This document shows, piece after piece, positions 60,498 to 64,000 of a DNA stretch of 64,000 bases. The translations under genes and the position numbers were made by a program. The notes under the pieces were generated by a model. The model did no database searches and was not told the origin of the DNA. It worked only from the letters and a program-made list of their open reading frames with translations. This DNA comes from Stylophora pistillata (taxonomy: Eukaryota), in the NCBI RefSeq assembly GCF_002571385.2, contig NW_019217911.1:62001-126000 (forward strand), given 5' to 3'. The first letter of the stretch is position 1. The number at the start of each line of letters is the position of its first letter.

Positions 60498-62000
60498 CTG
60501 TAACAAAGCAAATAGAAAGGTTATCAATAAAACACGAACCATAAGGATTTCAGGGAAACGAAAACTGAAACCTTGGCGAGACCTGTTAGCTGAATTTCTT
60601 CACATCTCTTTGAAATTTGTTCCTCAAACCCCTTCTAAAAAAAAAAGCACTCTTTACTCAAGTATTTTCTTGGCACGGAAAAATACTTACTGGTAACCCG
60701 GTATTTCATGTAAAAGTGTTCAGAGTAACTCATTGTATTCAAAGTTCGCTTTGACTGACCCGGCACGATTCAACATGTTTTAAGCACGATTTCCAGGTAA
60801 CACTCGTGACGAACTACGGCTACTCAAAAACTGTCCTTTCATGGCACTGATGTGATTATCGCCAAAAAACAAAAACAACACGAGGAAAGAAGCGTCGAAG
60901 ACGAACGAAGCTTCAAACCGTACGGGGATCACGAGACAATGAAAGGTGAAAGCTGCAATGAACGGTAAATTATTTTACTTTCATGCCTGAACACCTTTCC
61001 ACAGCGAAATAAGACCGTGAAAAACAAATACGATCTATGGGGAACATCAAAGAGAATGCTGATTCAACACCACAGAGCATGAGTCTGTCCGTACCTACGC
61101 ATTCTCCACTGGAACGATATCGAGTTATTTATAAAATAAAAATGCGATGCAGAAAATGGAAAATGAAACAAGGAAATAGCTCTTGCCTTTAGTGCATCGT
61201 ATTTTTGGGTAAGAATGGCAATCATGCGACCTTCACCTCAAGATCTACGCAACGAGTAACGACAATTCTTGCCAAGATTACAGTTACCCTACTCCTCGAG
61301 TTGGAAGCGGCGTGCGAAATTCATGCAAATGTAGCTAAAACTGGCCGTCTATAAAGCTTGCACTTTGCTTTTAACAAAGAAAAGCGTGTAATTCAAGAGA
61401 ACACGAACTTTCACTCCCACCATGACTGAAAAGTCTTCAATGAACACAAAATCCCTGGGAATCGACAGCGCTGGTAGTAGAATAAACAAGCGCAAAGCTT
61501 CCACGTAGCGAGACGAAATGACGACACAACTGAAAACCAACGTCTCCACGCGTTCGAAGTGAAAACCACATTTGCTTACCGGAAACTTAGGTTCTCCGCA
61601 GAACTCTACATTCGATCGCCCAGAAAACACCTCAGATCAACTCTTGGGTGGTCGATCACAGTCTAAGCAACAAATTGAAGTTATGAACTCGTAAATATTT
61701 TGGCTCCCAACTTCTAAGTATTGGAGTTTCCAGTTTAGTGCTACGTTCGTCAACCAGGGACCTTTCACAACTGGCTATTGACTACGTCACACATCACCAT
61801 ACAATCACTTCCCGCCCACGGGCCAATCAGTATAACCATAGAGATCCCTTGGGAATGGGTGGGCAACAACCCATGAGTCAGATTTCACTATAAATATAAA
61901 CAATACGGTTCCGCGCCAAAAGCGAATGTCCATTGACCTCGGCCCTCAATACCGTCACTCAACTAACCGAGGTAAACATTGCATGGACTTCGCACGTTGC
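60498..62000. promoter_or_regulatory. CpG-rich upstream/promoter region of the TRERF1-like gene
   Basis: Acceptor at 60498 implies non-coding upstream exon(s); candidate donors at 60690, 62739 and 63797; cluster of GC-box, CCAAT, TGAGTCA and TATA-like motifs at 61810-61900. Confidence 0.4.
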
Positions 62001-64000
62001 AAACGAAAATCCCTAGAAATGCAGATAGAAATTAGCTCAAAAAGCAACGGGTCAAATGATGCTTTCCAAAACTGAATTTTGTCTGCAGTCTGAAGCGTTT
62101 TGTTTTCGCTTTCTGCATGTGTTATCTCTTGATAGAATTAAACGGAAGTCTTTGAGACGTCATCGATTTATCCCAGTACATTCGAAAGCCAATACGTAAC
62201 ATGACACACGCTGAGCAATTTGACCTCTGCGACATCAAAGAGTGCTGACATGCAACCCAAGCGCTTTGTCTTTGCGCTTTCTGCAGAAGTTTAAACTACA
62301 AGCATGACAAGCGACAAATTTTACATGTTGATGTCATCCTAAAGATTCTCTATTGAGCTCTCCAACGCAAGATTGTTCTCGCCTCAGCTGCGTGTATTGA
62401 CAGCCTGGATTGCAAGCTGCGTAGCAACAATAATAGTGTCAAATATTTGTCCCCTAATAAGGATCGACCCTTCAATAAATGTTCCGCTTTGCGATGCAAT
62501 TACCTCACCGTTTATTTTTAATCACGAGTTCTAGAACGTCCTTACAGGTCACGGTCAACTCTTCGAACAAATTTTAAACGAGTTTCAAAACATCCAATTA
62601 ACGCCCCTAATTACAACACTGGCGTCCTAGACCATGTCGACCAGCTCTAGTACTTGTAACTCCCCCCCCCCACCCCGTACCTGCGCGAAAAGATTTTACT
62701 GAAAAATATAAAAAAACAATAACAATACTCCTAGCTTACCCGAACTTTGCACAGTCTCACGTAGAAGAGAACAAACATGAATGCTGAACTGTAGCCAGCA
62801 GTGTTATTGATAGGGACAAATAAACATGGACCCGTGATCACAGAGCTTGCCATCTCATGTGATTATTGACCATTATTACCAAAAGTGCTGAATGTGGACA
62901 TTGACCGAAAGCGGAAATTGAAACCAGTTTGCTAGGGGAAAATTAGGGAATTTTTCGCGCAGAGATTTTCTTTTTTTATTTTCCGCGATCCGCAAACAAA
63001 GCATGAATTTGAAATCGTGTTACTTTGACGACGAGTGACGCTCGTAAAATTCTTTTACGAGAAATTTTCTAAAGTCGCAACCTCATCATTTGGGATCTAT
63101 AGCGCTGCTATTTCGCATGTTTTTTTCAGGCATGTTTTCGGAAAGCTCATTCTGGACACCTGTTGGTGTGTTTCACTGCTGTGAACGGGACAAAAGGTCA
63201 GAAATTTGTAGTCTCAGGAGATTTCAAATCAGTCTCCGCTACACAGAACAATTGCTTATCCTCGAGCAGATTTGCCCTTTACAAATCCATTGTTTATCGT
63301 TGATTTCTCAGGAAATGCGTGAATTTAAGGCACGTATTGCTAAAATGACAGCAGGCATAAGATTAAAAATATTTTCAACCTGAAGAGCCTCGTTCAAGGA
63401 AATTTAAACGATCATGTGCACTCCGAAACTGGAGGGTTGAGACTGACGCAATATATTTTTAGTAATTCTTTGAAAATACTGGCTGCAAGCAAACAGATAT
63501 ATTCAATTTAAAAACCTTCGATAGCTTTTGATCCAAAAGGCGTTTTGAATGCAAATGCAACCTCTACTAAAAGCCGTTGAATTTCCGCACAAGAAATTCG
63601 TATCGGACATCACTAATATTTCTCAAAATTGATTCTCGCCCCTAGAGAAGTAAATTTGTGTTGCCCAAGAGCCCAGCTTGAATTGAAATGATGCAAGCTG
63701 CTGAAAAGTAGAGCGTAACAATCGCTTGAACGAAATTATTTGCAAAATGTTTTGTAAGGCAATCCATAGGGCTCGCGCGGGGAACAAAGGCACTCACCTG
63801 GCCACTTTTTTCAGTTGTGACGCATCATGTTTGCTTGCATAGCCATCGAGATGCCTCTCTTTGAATTTGACTTTGCCTCAAATTTCCTTAAACTTATACT
63901 AACTCCCGTCAGAAACCATCTCTCAGGTTCAGTGCTCTGAAGAAAATGGTCATGAATTTTACATGCGACCAGGATCTCTTATTTTTCGTCCCATAAACGT

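Overview
Eukaryotic (metazoan) genomic DNA. The repeat families and gene structures suggest a scleractinian coral or other anthozoan; this is inference. Five conserved genes can be reconstructed by hand with consistent splice phases: UTP25/DIEXF (- strand, 20 coding exons, 6237-29282), intronless gephyrin (+, head-to-head with UTP25, only 129 nt between start codons), intronless HSPA13/STCH (+), a BBOX1-like 2-oxoglutarate dioxygenase (-, 4 coding exons) and a TRERF1/ZNF541/MIDEAS-like C2H2-ELM2-SANT factor (-, 15 coding exons). Main observations: (1) a textbook minor-spliceosome AT-AC intron in UTP25 (9666-10065) that standard predictors would mis-splice; (2) an intronless multi-pass membrane protein gene nested on the same strand in UTP25 intron 9, with a CpG-rich 5' region and its signal peptide and likely C-terminus each displaced by a frameshift; (3) an unannotated small 3-exon gene with a signal peptide and three tandem acceptors that open three different reading frames; (4) at least seven sequence-unrelated non-autonomous elements sharing one structural plan (terminal IR, CCAAT, internal IR, long hairpin). 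LINE fragments, three SINE superfamilies, Penelope-like remnants, MITEs, microsatellites and assembly gaps make up the rest.
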